A DNA stretch of 64,000 bases from an uncultured Chloroflexia bacterium (GTDB lineage Bacteria > Chloroflexota > Limnocylindria > Limnocylindrales > CSP1-4). This document shows, in pieces, positions 1-11,434 of this stretch; the first letter of the stretch is position 1; each line of letters begins with the position of its first letter. Position numbers and translations under genes: made by a program. The notes under the pieces were generated by a model. The model was not told where the DNA came from, ran no database searches, and was given only the letters and a program-made list of their open reading frames with translations. The stretch lies in assembly GCA_963813335.1 (NCBI GenBank), contig CAWEYL010000001.1, forward strand, positions 487,567 to 551,566, in the 5' to 3' direction.

Positions 1-846
1 CTGGCGATGGTCGGGCTGGTCTCGGTGATCACCCTGTTCATCGTCGCCATCGTCGGGCCGTACATCGCCCCGTACCCCTACACCGAGCAAGACCTGAAAG
101 CGGTCGTGTCGAACGGCGGCCAGCCGCTGCCGCCGCTCACCGCCGGCCACATCCTGGGCACCGACCAGATCGGCCGCGACCTGCTGAGCCGGCTGCTCGA
201 CGGCGCGCGGATCAGCATGACCGTCGCGATCGTCGTCCAGATCGTGGTCCTGACCATCGGCGTGCCGCTCGGCGCCGCCGCCGGCTGGTTCGGCGGCCGC
301 ACCGACAACCTCCTGATGCGCTTCACCGACGTCATCTACGCGTTCCCGGACCTGCTCTTCATCATCCTGCTGTCGGTCGTGTTCAAGGAGACCGCATTCG
401 GCAAGGCGATGGACGGCCTTCTGCTCGTCTTCGTCGCCATCGGCCTGACCAGCTGGGTCACGGTCGCGCGGCTCGTGCGCGGGCAGATGCTGGCGCTCAA
501 GGAGACCGAGTTCGTCGAAGCGGCCCGGGCGATCGGCGTCTCGGACAACAAGATCGTGACCCGCCACCTGCTGCCCAACGGGATGGGCCCGATCATCGTG
601 GCGGTGACGCTCGGCATCCCGGCCGCGATCCTCGCCGAGGCGACCCTGGCCTACATCGGCGTCGGCGTCCAGGCGCCGCGGGCATCCTGGGGCAGCCTCG
701 TGGCCGACGGCCAGAAGGTGATCCTCTCGTCACCGCACCTGGTGCTCTTCCCGGCCATCTGCATCGCGATCGCCCTGATCAGCTTCACCTTCCTCGGCGA
801 CGGCCTGCGCGACGCGCTGGATCCCAAGCTGAAGGGAAAGCAGTAG
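1..846 (+). CDS. peptide ABC transporter permease (OppC/DppC-type), 5' partial
   Basis: ORF reaches the window start. Conserved C-terminal permease segment (...AYIGVGVQAPRASWGSL...[12 protein letters not shown]). Immediately followed by two ABC ATPase genes. Confidence 0.8.
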   Translation: MAMVGLVSVITLFIVAIVGPYIAPYPYTEQDLKAVVSNGGQPLPPLTAGHILGTDQIGRDLLSRLLDGARISMTVAIVVQIVVLTIGVPLGAAAGWFGGRTDNLLMRFTDVIYAFPDLLFIILLSVVFKETAFGKAMDGLLLVFVAIGLTSWVTVARLVRGQMLALKETEFVEAARAIGVSDNKIVTRHLLPNGMGPIIVAVTLGIPAAILAEATLAYIGVGVQAPRASWGSLVADGQKVILSSPHLVLFPAICIAIALISFTFLGDGLRDALDPKLKGKQ

Positions 847-1949
<1,103 letters not shown>

Positions 1950-1953
<4 letters not shown>

Positions 1954-3239
1954 CCGCGACGGTGACGGACGGGCCCGAGCCGAGCGCGGCGTCCAAGCAC
2001 GACCTGATCGAGGTCGAGGACCTCAAGGTCTACTTCCCGATCCGCTCGGGCATCTTCCAGCAGGCCGTCGGGTCGGTGAAGGCGGTCGACGGCGTCTCGT
2101 TCACCATCCGTCGCGGCGAGACGCTCGGGCTGGTCGGCGAGTCCGGCTGCGGCAAGAGCACGACCGGGCGCGCGCTGATCCGGCTGCGCGAGCCGACGGA
2201 GGGCAAGGTCACCTTCGACGGCGTCGACCTGATGAGCCTCAAGTCCGAGGGGCTGCGCAAGATGCGGCGCCGGATGCAGATCATCTTCCAGGACCCGTAC
2301 GGCTCGCTCGACCCGCGGATGACGGTCGGCGCGACCATCGCCGAGCCCATCGAGACGCACCACCTCGCCGACGGCGATGCCAAGCGGGAGCGGATCGCCG
2401 ACCTGCTCCGCCTGGTCGGCCTCGACCCCACCTACGTGTCGCGCTACCCGCACGAGTTCTCCGGCGGCCAGCGCCAGCGCATCGGCGTCGCGCGGGCCCT
2501 CGCCGTGGAGCCGGAGTTCATCGTCTGCGACGAGCCGATCTCCGCCCTCGACGTCTCGATCCAGGGGCAGGTCCTCAACCTGCTGACGGACCTCCGCCAG
2601 CGGCTGGGGCTCACCTACCTGTTCATCGCCCACGACCTGTCGGTCGTCAAGCACATCAGCGACCGGGTCGCGGTGATGTACCTCGGCAAGATCGTGGAGA
2701 TCGGTCCGCCGGACGAGGTCTATTCGGCGCCCGGCCATCCGTACACCCGGGCGCTGCTGTCCGCCGTCCCGGTGCCGGACCCCGCCGCCGAGCGCCGGCG
2801 CCGCCGGGTGATCCTCAAGGGCGACGTGCCCAGTCCCGTCAACCCGCCGTCGGGCTGCCGCTTCCACACCCGCTGCTGGCTGTACGAGCGGCTCGGGCAG
2901 CCCGAGACCTGCCGCACGGACGACCCGCAGCTGCGCGTGCTCGCGGGCGACCAGTCGGCGGCCTGTCATTTCGCCGAGGAAGCCCTCAAGACCGACGTCG
3001 GCATCGCCCACCTCCTGGACGAGCGGGTCCGCCGCGGGACGCCCGCTTCGGCCCTCGCGTCGCTGGCCGGGACGACCCCGATCGACCCGGGCCTGAGCGC
3101 GCCGGCCCTCGATCCGACGGCACTCGAGTCGCCGGCATCGGTGGGCGAGACCGGGGCGACGGAGATGCCCGAGGGTTTCGGCTACACGACGATGCTGCCC
3201 GAGTCGCCCGAGACCCGCGAGGACGACGCCGCCCGTTAG
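1950..3239 (+). CDS. peptide ABC transporter ATP-binding protein (OppF/DppF-type) with Pro/Ala/Ser-rich C-terminal tail
   Basis: GTG start overlapping the upstream stop (GTGA). [17 protein letters not shown], Walker B. About 85 aa of low-complexity tail after the conserved Cys-containing C-terminal domain. Confidence 0.8.
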
Positions 3240-4354
3240 GACGCCGGGCCGGCTCCAGCCGCCGCCCCGCCTGGCGCCACCCCGCCGAAGGCCGTTCCGG
3301 GCGCGCTGACGCCCCCAGGAGCCAGCGCGGCGATCCCCTGGCCCCGGAAGTGGCAGGCGACGCGGTGATCGCCCGTCTCGGGCAGGAGCGGCGGGACCTC
3401 GTCGGCGCAGATCTGCGGTGCCCCGAGCTGCTCGCGCAGCGGGCAGCGCGGGTGGAACCGGCAGCCGGACGGCGGGTTCACCGGGCTCGGCACGTCACCG
3501 CGCAGGATGACCCGCGTGCGACGCATCGTCGGATCCGGGATCGGGATCGCCGACATCAGGGCCTCGGTGTAGGGATGGTCCTGCTTCTCGAAGAGGGCCT
3601 GGCGGTCGGCGAGCTCGGCGATCCGGCCGAGATACATCACGGCGACCCGGTCGCTGATGTGCTCGACGACGCCCATGTTGTGGGCGACGAACAGATAGGT
3701 CAGCCCGAGCTCGCGCTGGAGATTCTTGAGCAGGTTCAGGACCTGCGCCTGGATCGAGACGTCGAGCGCGGAGACCGGCTCGTCGCAGACGACGAGGTCC
3801 GGCTCCAGGACCAGCGCCCGAGCGATGCCGATGCGCTGCCGTTGGCCGCCCGAGAACTCGTGCGGGTAGCGCCTGGCCTGGTACTGCGGCAGGCCGACAA
3901 GATCCATCATCCGCCGGACCTTGGCGCGGCGCTCCTTGTCGGTCCCGAGCTCGTGGATGCGCAGCCCCTCGCCGATGCTGTCGCCGATCGGGGTCCGCGG
4001 GTCGAGGCTGGAGAACGGATCCTGGAAGATGATCTGCATCCGGCGCCGGTACGGCTTGAGCCCCGCCCCGCTGAGCTTGGTGATGTCGACGCCGTCGAAC
4101 CGGATCGAGCCGCTGGTCGGCTCGATCAGGCGGAGCAGGAGGCGCCCGACCGTCGTCTTGCCGCAGCCGGACTCGCCGACGAGGCCCAGGGTCTCGCCAC
4201 GGCGGATATCGAACGAGACGCCGTCGACGGCCTGGACCGTGCCGATGACCCGTTGCAGGATGCCGCCGCGGATGTCGAAGTGCTTGACGAGCCCGTGGAC
4301 CTCGACGAGCGGGCGCTCGGCCGCGCCCGCAGCCGGGGCCATGGTGCTGCCCAT
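3236..4354 (-). CDS. peptide ABC transporter ATP-binding protein (OppF-type)
   Basis: Minus strand. Start [37 protein letters not shown]. Its TAA stop overlaps the TAG of the convergent plus-strand gene (TTAG). Confidence 0.85.
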   Translation of the reverse strand: MGSTMAPAAGAAERPLVEVHGLVKHFDIRGGILQRVIGTVQAVDGVSFDIRRGETLGLVGESGCGKTTVGRLLLRLIEPTSGSIRFDGVDITKLSGAGLKPYRRRMQIIFQDPFSSLDPRTPIGDSIGEGLRIHELGTDKERRAKVRRMMDLVGLPQYQARRYPHEFSGGQRQRIGIARALVLEPDLVVCDEPVSALDVSIQAQVLNLLKNLQRELGLTYLFVAHNMGVVEHISDRVAVMYLGRIAELADRQALFEKQDHPYTEALMSAIPIPDPTMRRTRVILRGDVPSPVNPPSGCRFHPRCPLREQLGAPQICADEVPPLLPETGDHRVACHFRGQGIAALAPGGVSAPGTAFGGVAPGGAAAGAGPAS

Positions 4355-4371
4355 GGGGACCGACCCGACCG

Positions 4372-5526
4372 TCACGGCGCGCCCGTCCCGGCGGCCGGCG
4401 TGTCCGGGCGGGGCAGGAGGTTGCCCTCGGCGTCGTGGTAGAGCCAGCAGCGCACCCGATGGTCCGCGCTCAGCGGCCGCAGCTCCGGGTGGAGTTCCGT
4501 GGCCAGCTTGACGTCGAACCGCTCGCGGGTCGTGCAGCGCGGGGCGAACCGGCAGCCCTGCGGCAGGTCGATGAGGTTGGGCACGTTGCCGGGGATGACC
4601 GCCAGCTCGTCGGTCACGTGGCCGACGACCGGGATGGAGCCGATGAGGCCCTGCGTGTACGGGTGCGAAGGCTGACGGAAGAGCGTCGTGACGTCGGTCT
4701 CCTCGACGATCTCGCCCGCGTACATGACCGCGACGCGGTCGCACATCTCGGCGACGACGCCCAGGTCGTGGGTGATGAGGATGATCGCGGTCCCCGTCTC
4801 GTCGCGCAGCGCCCGCATGAGGTCCAGGATCTGCGCCTGGATCGTGACGTCGAGCGCGGTCGTGGGCTCGTCCGCGATCAACAGCTCGGGCTCGCAGGCG
4901 AGGGCCATCGCGATCATGATCCGCTGGGCCATCCCGCCGGACATCTCGTGCGGGAACGCCTTCAGCCGGCGTTCGGGGTCCGGGATCCCGACCATCCGCA
5001 GGAGCTCGACGGAGCGGGCGTGGGCCGCCTTGCCCTTCATGCCCCGGTGGATGCGCAGCACCTCGTCGATCTGGCGCCCGACCGACCAGACCGGGTTCAG
5101 CGACGACGTCGGCTGCTGGAAGACCATGCTGATGCGGTCGCCGCGGAGCTTGCGCATCTCCTCGTCCGAGAGGGTCAGCAGGTCGCGCCCGTCGAACTCG
5201 ATGGTGCCGCTCTCGATCTTGCCGGGTGCCGCCACCAGCCGCATGATCGACAGGCTGGTCACGCTCTTGCCGCAGCCGGACTCGCCGACGAGGCCGACGA
5301 TCTCGCCGCGGTCCACGCGGAAGTCGATGCCGTCGACCGCGCGGACGAGGCCGTCGCGGGTGTGGAAGCTCGTGTGCAGGCCCTTGATCTCGAGCAGCGG
5401 CCGATCGCCCCGCTCGCGCTTGACGCGGCGCTTCGAGGCGGGGACCAGCTCCTCGATGACGGTCTCGTCGAGGCTGGCGCCCAGGGTCGCGACGGCGGGC
5501 TCGTCGGGGCTCGTCGGCGTCGTCAT
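4372..5526 (-). CDS. peptide ABC transporter ATP-binding protein (OppD-type)
   Basis: Start [10 protein letters not shown] overlaps the upstream permease stop (ATGA). [29 protein letters not shown]. Confidence 0.85.
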   Translation of the reverse strand: MTTPTSPDEPAVATLGASLDETVIEELVPASKRRVKRERGDRPLLEIKGLHTSFHTRDGLVRAVDGIDFRVDRGEIVGLVGESGCGKSVTSLSIMRLVAAPGKIESGTIEFDGRDLLTLSDEEMRKLRGDRISMVFQQPTSSLNPVWSVGRQIDEVLRIHRGMKGKAAHARSVELLRMVGIPDPERRLKAFPHEMSGGMAQRIMIAMALACEPELLIADEPTTALDVTIQAQILDLMRALRDETGTAIILITHDLGVVAEMCDRVAVMYAGEIVEETDVTTLFRQPSHPYTQGLIGSIPVVGHVTDELAVIPGNVPNLIDLPQGCRFAPRCTTRERFDVKLATELHPELRPLSADHRVRCWLYHDAEGNLLPRPDTPAAGTGAP

Positions 5527-6467
5527 CGGTTCAGGCGCGGGTCGAGGGCGTCGCGCAGCCCGTCGCCGAGGAGGTTGAACCCCAGCACGGTCAGGGTGAT
5601 GGCCATGCCCGGGAAGAAGATGAGGTGCGGCGCCGAGAAGAACAGGTTGCGGTCGAAGCCGATCATGGAGCCCCACTCCGCCTGCGGCTGCTGGGCGCCG
5701 AGGCCCAGGAACGAGAGAGCGGCGACCTCGAGGATGGCGCCGCCGATGCCGAGCGTCCCCTGCACGATGAGCGGCGTCAGCGAGTTGGGCAGGATGCGCC
5801 GGCTCAGGATCCCCCGCGACGACTCGCCCAACGCGCGCGACGCGGTGACGTACTCGCGCTCGCGCGTGCTGATCACCGAGCCGCGCATGACCCGGGCATA
5901 GACCGGGATCGACACGATCGCGATCGCGATCATGGCCTGGTACAGCCCCGGGCCGAGCACGGTCACGATCGCGATGGCCAGGATCAGGGCAGGGAACGCC
6001 AGCACGACGTCCAGGGTGCGCATGACGATGTTGTCGGTGCGGCCGCCGGCGAACCCCGCGATGGCGCCGAGGACGGTCCCGATCAGGATCGCGACCCCGA
6101 CCGTCAGGATGCCGATCTGGAGCGACGCCTGGGCTCCGAAGACGACGCGGCTGAACTCGTCCCGCAGGTTCGAATCGAGACCCATGATGTGCTGCGGCTG
6201 ATCGGCAGGGCAGCCCAGGATGTGGATGCATGGCGGCTGACCACGCCTCACCCCGGTCTCGCCGGCGTCGAGCATCGACAGGTACGGGTCGAACGGCGCG
6301 ATGATCGGCGCGAAGACCGCCACGATGACCAGCGAGATCAGGATGATCAGCCCGATCACGGCCGACCGCTGGCGTAGGACGTTCCGGGCCGTGTCGCGGC
6401 GCAGGCTGGCGGCGCGCTCCGGGCGCTCCGGCCCGGTCGCGTCGATCGGCTGCTCGATGACGGTCAT
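5523..6467 (-). CDS. peptide ABC transporter permease (OppC-type)
   Basis: Start MTVIEQP overlaps the oppB-type stop (ATGA). Conserved permease C-terminus [18 protein letters not shown]. Cys-containing N-terminal periplasmic loop. Confidence 0.85.
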   Translation of the reverse strand: MTVIEQPIDATGPERPERAASLRRDTARNVLRQRSAVIGLIILISLVIVAVFAPIIAPFDPYLSMLDAGETGVRRGQPPCIHILGCPADQPQHIMGLDSNLRDEFSRVVFGAQASLQIGILTVGVAILIGTVLGAIAGFAGGRTDNIVMRTLDVVLAFPALILAIAIVTVLGPGLYQAMIAIAIVSIPVYARVMRGSVISTREREYVTASRALGESSRGILSRRILPNSLTPLIVQGTLGIGGAILEVAALSFLGLGAQQPQAEWGSMIGFDRNLFFSAPHLIFFPGMAITLTVLGFNLLGDGLRDALDPRLNR

Positions 6468-7540
6468 TCGAGCCGGATCCGCGGGTCGAGGAAGGCGTAC
6501 GAGACGTCGACCACCAGGTTCACCACAACGTAGATCACGGCGACCACGATCGTCGCGCCCTGGATGACGCTGTAGTCGCGTCCCTCGATCGATTCGACCA
6601 GGGTCTGGCCCATCCCGGTCAGGCTGAAGATCGTCTCCGTGAGGATCGCGCCCGACAGGAGCGCGCCGAGCGAGAGGCCGATGACGGTCACGACCGGGAG
6701 CATGGCGTTGCGCATGCCGTGGCGGAGCACGACCGAGCGCTCCTTCACGCCCTTCGCCCGAGCGGTCCGCACGAAGTCGAGCCCGAGGACCTCGAGCAGG
6801 CTCGAGCGGGTCATCCGGGCGATGATCGCGAGCGGGATGGTCCCGACCGCGATGGCCGGCAGGATGAGGTGCCGGAAGGCGTCGGTGAAGAGCTTCCCGT
6901 CCAGCGTGAGGATGGCGTGGAGGATGTACATCCTCGAGATGAAGTCCAGGATCGTCCGCGGTAAGCCGGACCAGTCTTCCAGGCCCCACTGCGTCGCGAG
7001 TGGGATCACCGTCACGCCGGGCGTCAGCCGCCCTGATGGGGGCAAGGCGAACGGCGTGCCCTTCAGAAGCACGGCGAACACGAACGCCAGGATGAGGCCG
7101 AGGACGAAGACCGGGATCGAGACGCCGATGTTGGCGATGATCATGGTGCCGACATCGGCCGGGGAGTTCCGTCGGATGGCCGAGACCAGGCCGAGGAGCA
7201 GCCCCAGGATCGACGCGAAGATGAGGGCGGCCACGGTCAGCTCGACGGTCGTGGGCAGCCGCTCGAGGAGCACGTCGGCCACGGGGCGGCCGAACTTGAG
7301 CGACATCCCGAGGTCGCCGGTCAGCAGCCCGCCGAGGTAGACGACGAACTGCTGGTAGATCGGGAGGTCGAGCCCCCAGCGGTGGTTGAAGGCATCGCAG
7401 ACTTCCTGGGTCGCCTTCTCGCCGTAGGTCGCCACGCACGGGTCGCCGGGGATGACCCGGGCCAGCGCGAAGACGAGCACGACCACGCCGAACAGCACGG
7501 GGATGCTGAGGAGCAGCCGACGGACGACGAAGCGGGTCAC
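6464..7540 (-). CDS. peptide ABC transporter permease (OppB-type)
   Basis: N-terminus MTRFVVRRLLLSIPVLFGVVVLVF..GDPC and conserved binding-protein-dependent transport motif (ARAKGVKERSVVLRHGMRNA). Confidence 0.85.
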   Translation of the reverse strand: MTRFVVRRLLLSIPVLFGVVVLVFALARVIPGDPCVATYGEKATQEVCDAFNHRWGLDLPIYQQFVVYLGGLLTGDLGMSLKFGRPVADVLLERLPTTVELTVAALIFASILGLLLGLVSAIRRNSPADVGTMIIANIGVSIPVFVLGLILAFVFAVLLKGTPFALPPSGRLTPGVTVIPLATQWGLEDWSGLPRTILDFISRMYILHAILTLDGKLFTDAFRHLILPAIAVGTIPLAIIARMTRSSLLEVLGLDFVRTARAKGVKERSVVLRHGMRNAMLPVVTVIGLSLGALLSGAILTETIFSLTGMGQTLVESIEGRDYSVIQGATIVVAVIYVVVNLVVDVSYAFLDPRIRLE

Positions 7541-7628
7541 GGGATCACGGTACCCCTGGACCTGGGCCTGCTAGCAAAGGACCGCCCGGAGCACGTGGTG
7601 CCCCGGGCGGTCGGATTACTGGTCGCGG

Positions 7629-9380
7629 TTACGAAGCGGGCGGGTTCAGGAACCCACCGAACAGGCTCGAGAAGTAGGTGAAGTCGCCGGTCCGGCCCTT
7701 GTGGAGCTTGTTGGCGGCGTCCCACTGCACGGCGAACGACGTCACGACGTCATCCGCATCGAACGACGACCCGTCATGGAACGTCACGCCGGACTTCAGC
7801 GTGCAGGTCCACTGGGTGAAGTCGGCGTTCGCCTCGCACTTGTCGGCCAGGACCGGGATCGCGGCGGTGCCGCCGATCTCGTAGCCGTACAGCCCTTCCA
7901 TGGTCTGGTCGCAGGCCCGGAGGGCCTCGCCATCGGTCTCGTCGGCGCAGTAGAGGCCGCCGGGCTCGCCGTTCTGGCTGAACACGAGCTGCGTGCGGTC
8001 GCCCGCCTTCATGACCGAGAACTGCTCGTTCGTCAGCGGCGACGAGTGCGCCCCCACGACGTCCGCGCGCCAGGCCGTGGCCGAACCGCCGTGGGCGATC
8101 GGGATCATCGGCACGTGCTGCTTGATCAGCTCATTGGCCTTGGTGTACGCCGGCTCGCGCGCGGCGTCGCTGGTGCCCTTGGCACCCTCGTCGAGAGCGG
8201 CCACGAGATCCGGGTACTTGTCGCCGAACTGCTTCGACGCGCCGGCCCCGAAGTGGTAGCCCACGAAGTTGGTCTGGTCGGGATAGTCCGCGCCCCAGCC
8301 CAGCATCTGGATGCCGTCGAGGAGGCCCTTGGCGGCGCTGTCGAGGTAGGTCGTGTTGTCCTGCGGGTCGAGCTTGACGGTGATGCCGAGATTGTTCTTC
8401 AGCTGGGCCTGGATCTCCGTCGCGATGACGGGCGGATCCGGGAGGTAGCCGCGGACCGCCGGGCGGTAGTGCAGCTTGTAGGTCTTGCTGAAGTCGAAGC
8501 CGGCGGCGGTGAGCTCGGCCTTGGCCGCGGTCGCGTCGAAGTCGTACCACTTCGGACCGACGCACCCGTTCGGGATGGCGCACGGGGTGAAGTAGTCGGC
8601 GACTTCCGAGCCGCCCGGGTAGAAGGTGTCGACGATGCGCTTGCGGTCGATGCCCTTCGCGATCGCCTGGCGGACCTTCTCGTTGTCCCACGGCTTGAAC
8701 GTGTTGTTGAAGCCGAGGTAGAAGACGTTGAGGCCGGTGCGCGGCTTGAGCGCCAGGTTCGAGTCGCCGCTGACGGTCGCGAAGTCGGTCGGGCCGACGT
8801 TGTCGATGCCGTCGACGGTCCCGGCCTGCAGCTCGACGAGCCGCTGGGCCGCTTCCTTGTTCCAGCGCAGGATGGCGGTCGGGGTCAGGGCCTTGGTGCC
8901 CCAGTACCCGTCGTACGCCTCATACGTGACGTCCTGGCCGCGGTTCCACGCCTTGAGCTTGTAGGCGCCGGTCCCGTTGACCTCGGAGACGATCTTCTGG
9001 CCCTCGGTGACGGCCGGATCGATGTGGCTGGCCAGCCAGCCGGCGTCGTTGATCGCGAACGAGCTGAACGCGATCTTCGAGAGGAACGCCACGTCGGAGC
9101 CGCAGAGGTCGAAGATGACCGTGCGGGCGTCCGGGGCGCTGATCTTCTTGAACTCGCCGGCGTACGGAGCCACTCCGCAGGGAGCCTCGCCCGTCTCCGG
9201 GTAGTTGATGGCGGTGAACGCCGGCGCGCTGGCGCTGGCACTCGCCGCGGCGGACGCCGATGGGGCGGCGGCCGATGCGCTCGGCGCGGTGCTGGCGGTC
9301 GAACCGCCGCAGGCCGCGAAGACGATCGCCGCTGTCGCGGCCAAGACCGCGATCGACGACCACCTCGATGATCGAGTCAT
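7629..9380 (-). CDS. ABC transporter substrate-binding lipoprotein (family 5, peptide/nickel type)
   Basis: ATG at 9380 preceded by GGAGGAG RBS. Signal peptide with lipobox (AACGG). Ala/Ser-rich linker, then a family-5 SBP-like body. First gene of the minus-strand opp operon. Confidence 0.8.
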   Translation of the reverse strand: MTRSSRWSSIAVLAATAAIVFAACGGSTASTAPSASAAAPSASAAASASASAPAFTAINYPETGEAPCGVAPYAGEFKKISAPDARTVIFDLCGSDVAFLSKIAFSSFAINDAGWLASHIDPAVTEGQKIVSEVNGTGAYKLKAWNRGQDVTYEAYDGYWGTKALTPTAILRWNKEAAQRLVELQAGTVDGIDNVGPTDFATVSGDSNLALKPRTGLNVFYLGFNNTFKPWDNEKVRQAIAKGIDRKRIVDTFYPGGSEVADYFTPCAIPNGCVGPKWYDFDATAAKAELTAAGFDFSKTYKLHYRPAVRGYLPDPPVIATEIQAQLKNNLGITVKLDPQDNTTYLDSAAKGLLDGIQMLGWGADYPDQTNFVGYHFGAGASKQFGDKYPDLVAALDEGAKGTSDAAREPAYTKANELIKQHVPMIPIAHGGSATAWRADVVGAHSSPLTNEQFSVMKAGDRTQLVFSQNGEPGGLYCADETDGEALRACDQTMEGLYGYEIGGTAAIPVLADKCEANADFTQWTCTLKSGVTFHDGSSFDADDVVTSFAVQWDAANKLHKGRTGDFTYFSSLFGGFLNPPAS

Positions 9381-9548
9381 CCTCGCTAACTCCTCCTCTG
9401 AGCCCCCTTGCCCGGACGCTGCCTCCCTGTCCGGGCTCCTGGGGCGGGGCACGCCCACGCTGGCCTCGTACGAGGCCTTGGGTGCGCGCAGCCTAGCACT
9501 GGCGACGAGCCGCGTCACCCCGTCAGACGCGGCGCGTATGCTCCAACG

Positions 9549-10547
9549 ATGCAGCCGTCGCTCACGATCGCCCTCGCCCAGATCGCCCCTCGCCTGGGCG
9601 ACCTCGACGCGAATCTCGACCGCCACCACGCCCTGCTCGACGAGGCCCGTGCCGGCGGGGCGGCGCTCGTGGTCTTCCCGGAGCTCGGGCTGACCGGCTA
9701 CCAGTTGCAGGACCTCGCCAGCGAGGTCGCGATGCGCCTCGACGACCCGCGCCTGGCGACGCTCGCGGGGGCGACCGACGGGCTGTCGGCGATCGTCTCC
9801 TTCGTCGAGGAATCGGCGGACCATCGCCTGTTCATCGCGGCCGCCCTGCTGGAGGACGGCGAGATCCGGCACGTCCACCGCAAGGTCTACCTGCCCACCT
9901 ACGGCCTGTTCGACGAACGCCGGTTCTTCGCGGCCGGCGACATACTGCGGGCCGTGCCGTCCCGCCTGGGGGTCGGGATCGGGATCGGCATCTGCGAGGA
10001 CTTCTGGCATCTCGGCGTGCCGGAGACGCTGGCGCTCGATGGCGCCCAGGTCCTCATCAACGTCTCGTCGTCGCCCGGGCGGGACCTCGCGGCCACGAAC
10101 GAGGTCGGCCTCGGCACGGCGACGTCGTGGCGGACCCTCATGCGCGCGTACGCCCAGCTGACGACGTCGTTCGTGGTGTTCTGCAACCGCGTCGGGGTCG
10201 ACGAGTCCATCTCCTTCTGGGGCGGCTCCGAGGTGATCGGCCCGAACGGCGCGCCCGTCTTCAGCGCCCCGCTCTACGACGAGGGCCTGTTCACCGTGAC
10301 GATCGCGGCGGGGGACATCCGACGCGAGCGCATCGCGCTCCCGCTCCTGCGCGACGAACGCCCCGAGCTCCACGTCCGCGAGCTCTCGAGGATCGTCGCG
10401 GAGCGGGCCGGCCTGATGTCCGACCGGACGGCCGACCCCGAGGCCGAGCCAGGCCTCGACGTGGCGCCCGAGCTGCCGCCCCCGCACCCGATCGGCTTCG
10501 GGTCCGAAGGGGAGCGGACCGCGCGCCCCACCGGCACGGATCGGTGA
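9549..10547 (+). CDS. carbon-nitrogen hydrolase family protein (nitrilase superfamily), likely glutaminase partner of NadE
   Basis: MQPSLTIALAQIAP... with VVFPELGLTGY (catalytic Glu region) and ICEDFWH (catalytic Cys). Its stop overlaps the nadE GTG start (GTGA). Confidence 0.75.
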   Translation: MQPSLTIALAQIAPRLGDLDANLDRHHALLDEARAGGAALVVFPELGLTGYQLQDLASEVAMRLDDPRLATLAGATDGLSAIVSFVEESADHRLFIAAALLEDGEIRHVHRKVYLPTYGLFDERRFFAAGDILRAVPSRLGVGIGIGICEDFWHLGVPETLALDGAQVLINVSSSPGRDLAATNEVGLGTATSWRTLMRAYAQLTTSFVVFCNRVGVDESISFWGGSEVIGPNGAPVFSAPLYDEGLFTVTIAAGDIRRERIALPLLRDERPELHVRELSRIVAERAGLMSDRTADPEAEPGLDVAPELPPPHPIGFGSEGERTARPTGTDR

Positions 10548-11434
10548 GCGCGTCCCGGCCGGCCAAGGCGCCGGCAGCGCCGGCGCCCCCGTTCGAGATG
10601 CCCGACGAGCTGGCCATCGACACGACCGTCGCGCGGCGGGTCGTCGGCGAGTTCATCCGCAGCCAGCTCCGTCAGGCGGGGTTCGAGCGGGCGGTCCTCG
10701 GCCTGTCGGGTGGCATCGACTCCGCCCTCGTCGCGTACCTCGTCGCCGAGGCCATCGGTCCCGAGCGGCTGCTGTGCGTGCTGCTGCCGTACCGCACGTC
10801 GTCGCCGGCGTCGCGGGCCGACGCCGAGGCGGTCGTCGCCGGCCTGGGCGCGCCATCCGAGCTCGTCGACATCAGCCCGATGGTCGACGGCTACTTCGAC
10901 GGCGACCCGGACGCGAGCGCCCTCCGACGCGGCAACTTCATGGCCCGCCAGCGCATGGCCGTGCTGTACGACCGCTCGGTGACCTGGGGTGGGCTCGTGG
11001 TGGGGACCGGCAACAAGACCGAGTCGCTCATCGGCTACACGACGCTCTTCGGCGATTCGGCCTGTGCGTTCAACCCGATCGGCGATCTGTACAAGACCCA
11101 GGTCCGCCAGCTGGCCGCGGCGATCGGCGTCCCCGACGCGATCCTGCGCAAGGCCCCGTCGGCGGACCTGTGGCCGGGCCAGACCGACGAGATCGAGGGC
11201 GGCTTCAGCTACCCGGAGCTCGACCGGCTGCTCTTCTGGCGCATCGACAAGCGGCGCTCGACCGAGGAGATGACGGGGCTCGGCTTCGACCCCGTCGCGG
11301 TCGAGCGGGTCGACCGGATGGTCGCCGGCGCCGAGTTCAAGCGACAGGTCCCGCCGATCGCCAAGCTCGGGCCGCGGACCGCGGGCGTGGACTACCTCTA
11401 TCCGCGCCGCCGCCCGGGCTCCGCGCGCGGGTGA
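10544..11434 (+). CDS. nadE: NAD+ synthetase (NadE, single-domain synthetase subunit)
   Basis: PP-loop SGGIDS, conserved GTGNKTE..GY.T.FGD motifs. GTG start overlapping the upstream hydrolase stop. Confidence 0.85.
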   Translation: MSASRPAKAPAAPAPPFEMPDELAIDTTVARRVVGEFIRSQLRQAGFERAVLGLSGGIDSALVAYLVAEAIGPERLLCVLLPYRTSSPASRADAEAVVAGLGAPSELVDISPMVDGYFDGDPDASALRRGNFMARQRMAVLYDRSVTWGGLVVGTGNKTESLIGYTTLFGDSACAFNPIGDLYKTQVRQLAAAIGVPDAILRKAPSADLWPGQTDEIEGGFSYPELDRLLFWRIDKRRSTEEMTGLGFDPVAVERVDRMVAGAEFKRQVPPIAKLGPRTAGVDYLYPRRRPGSARG

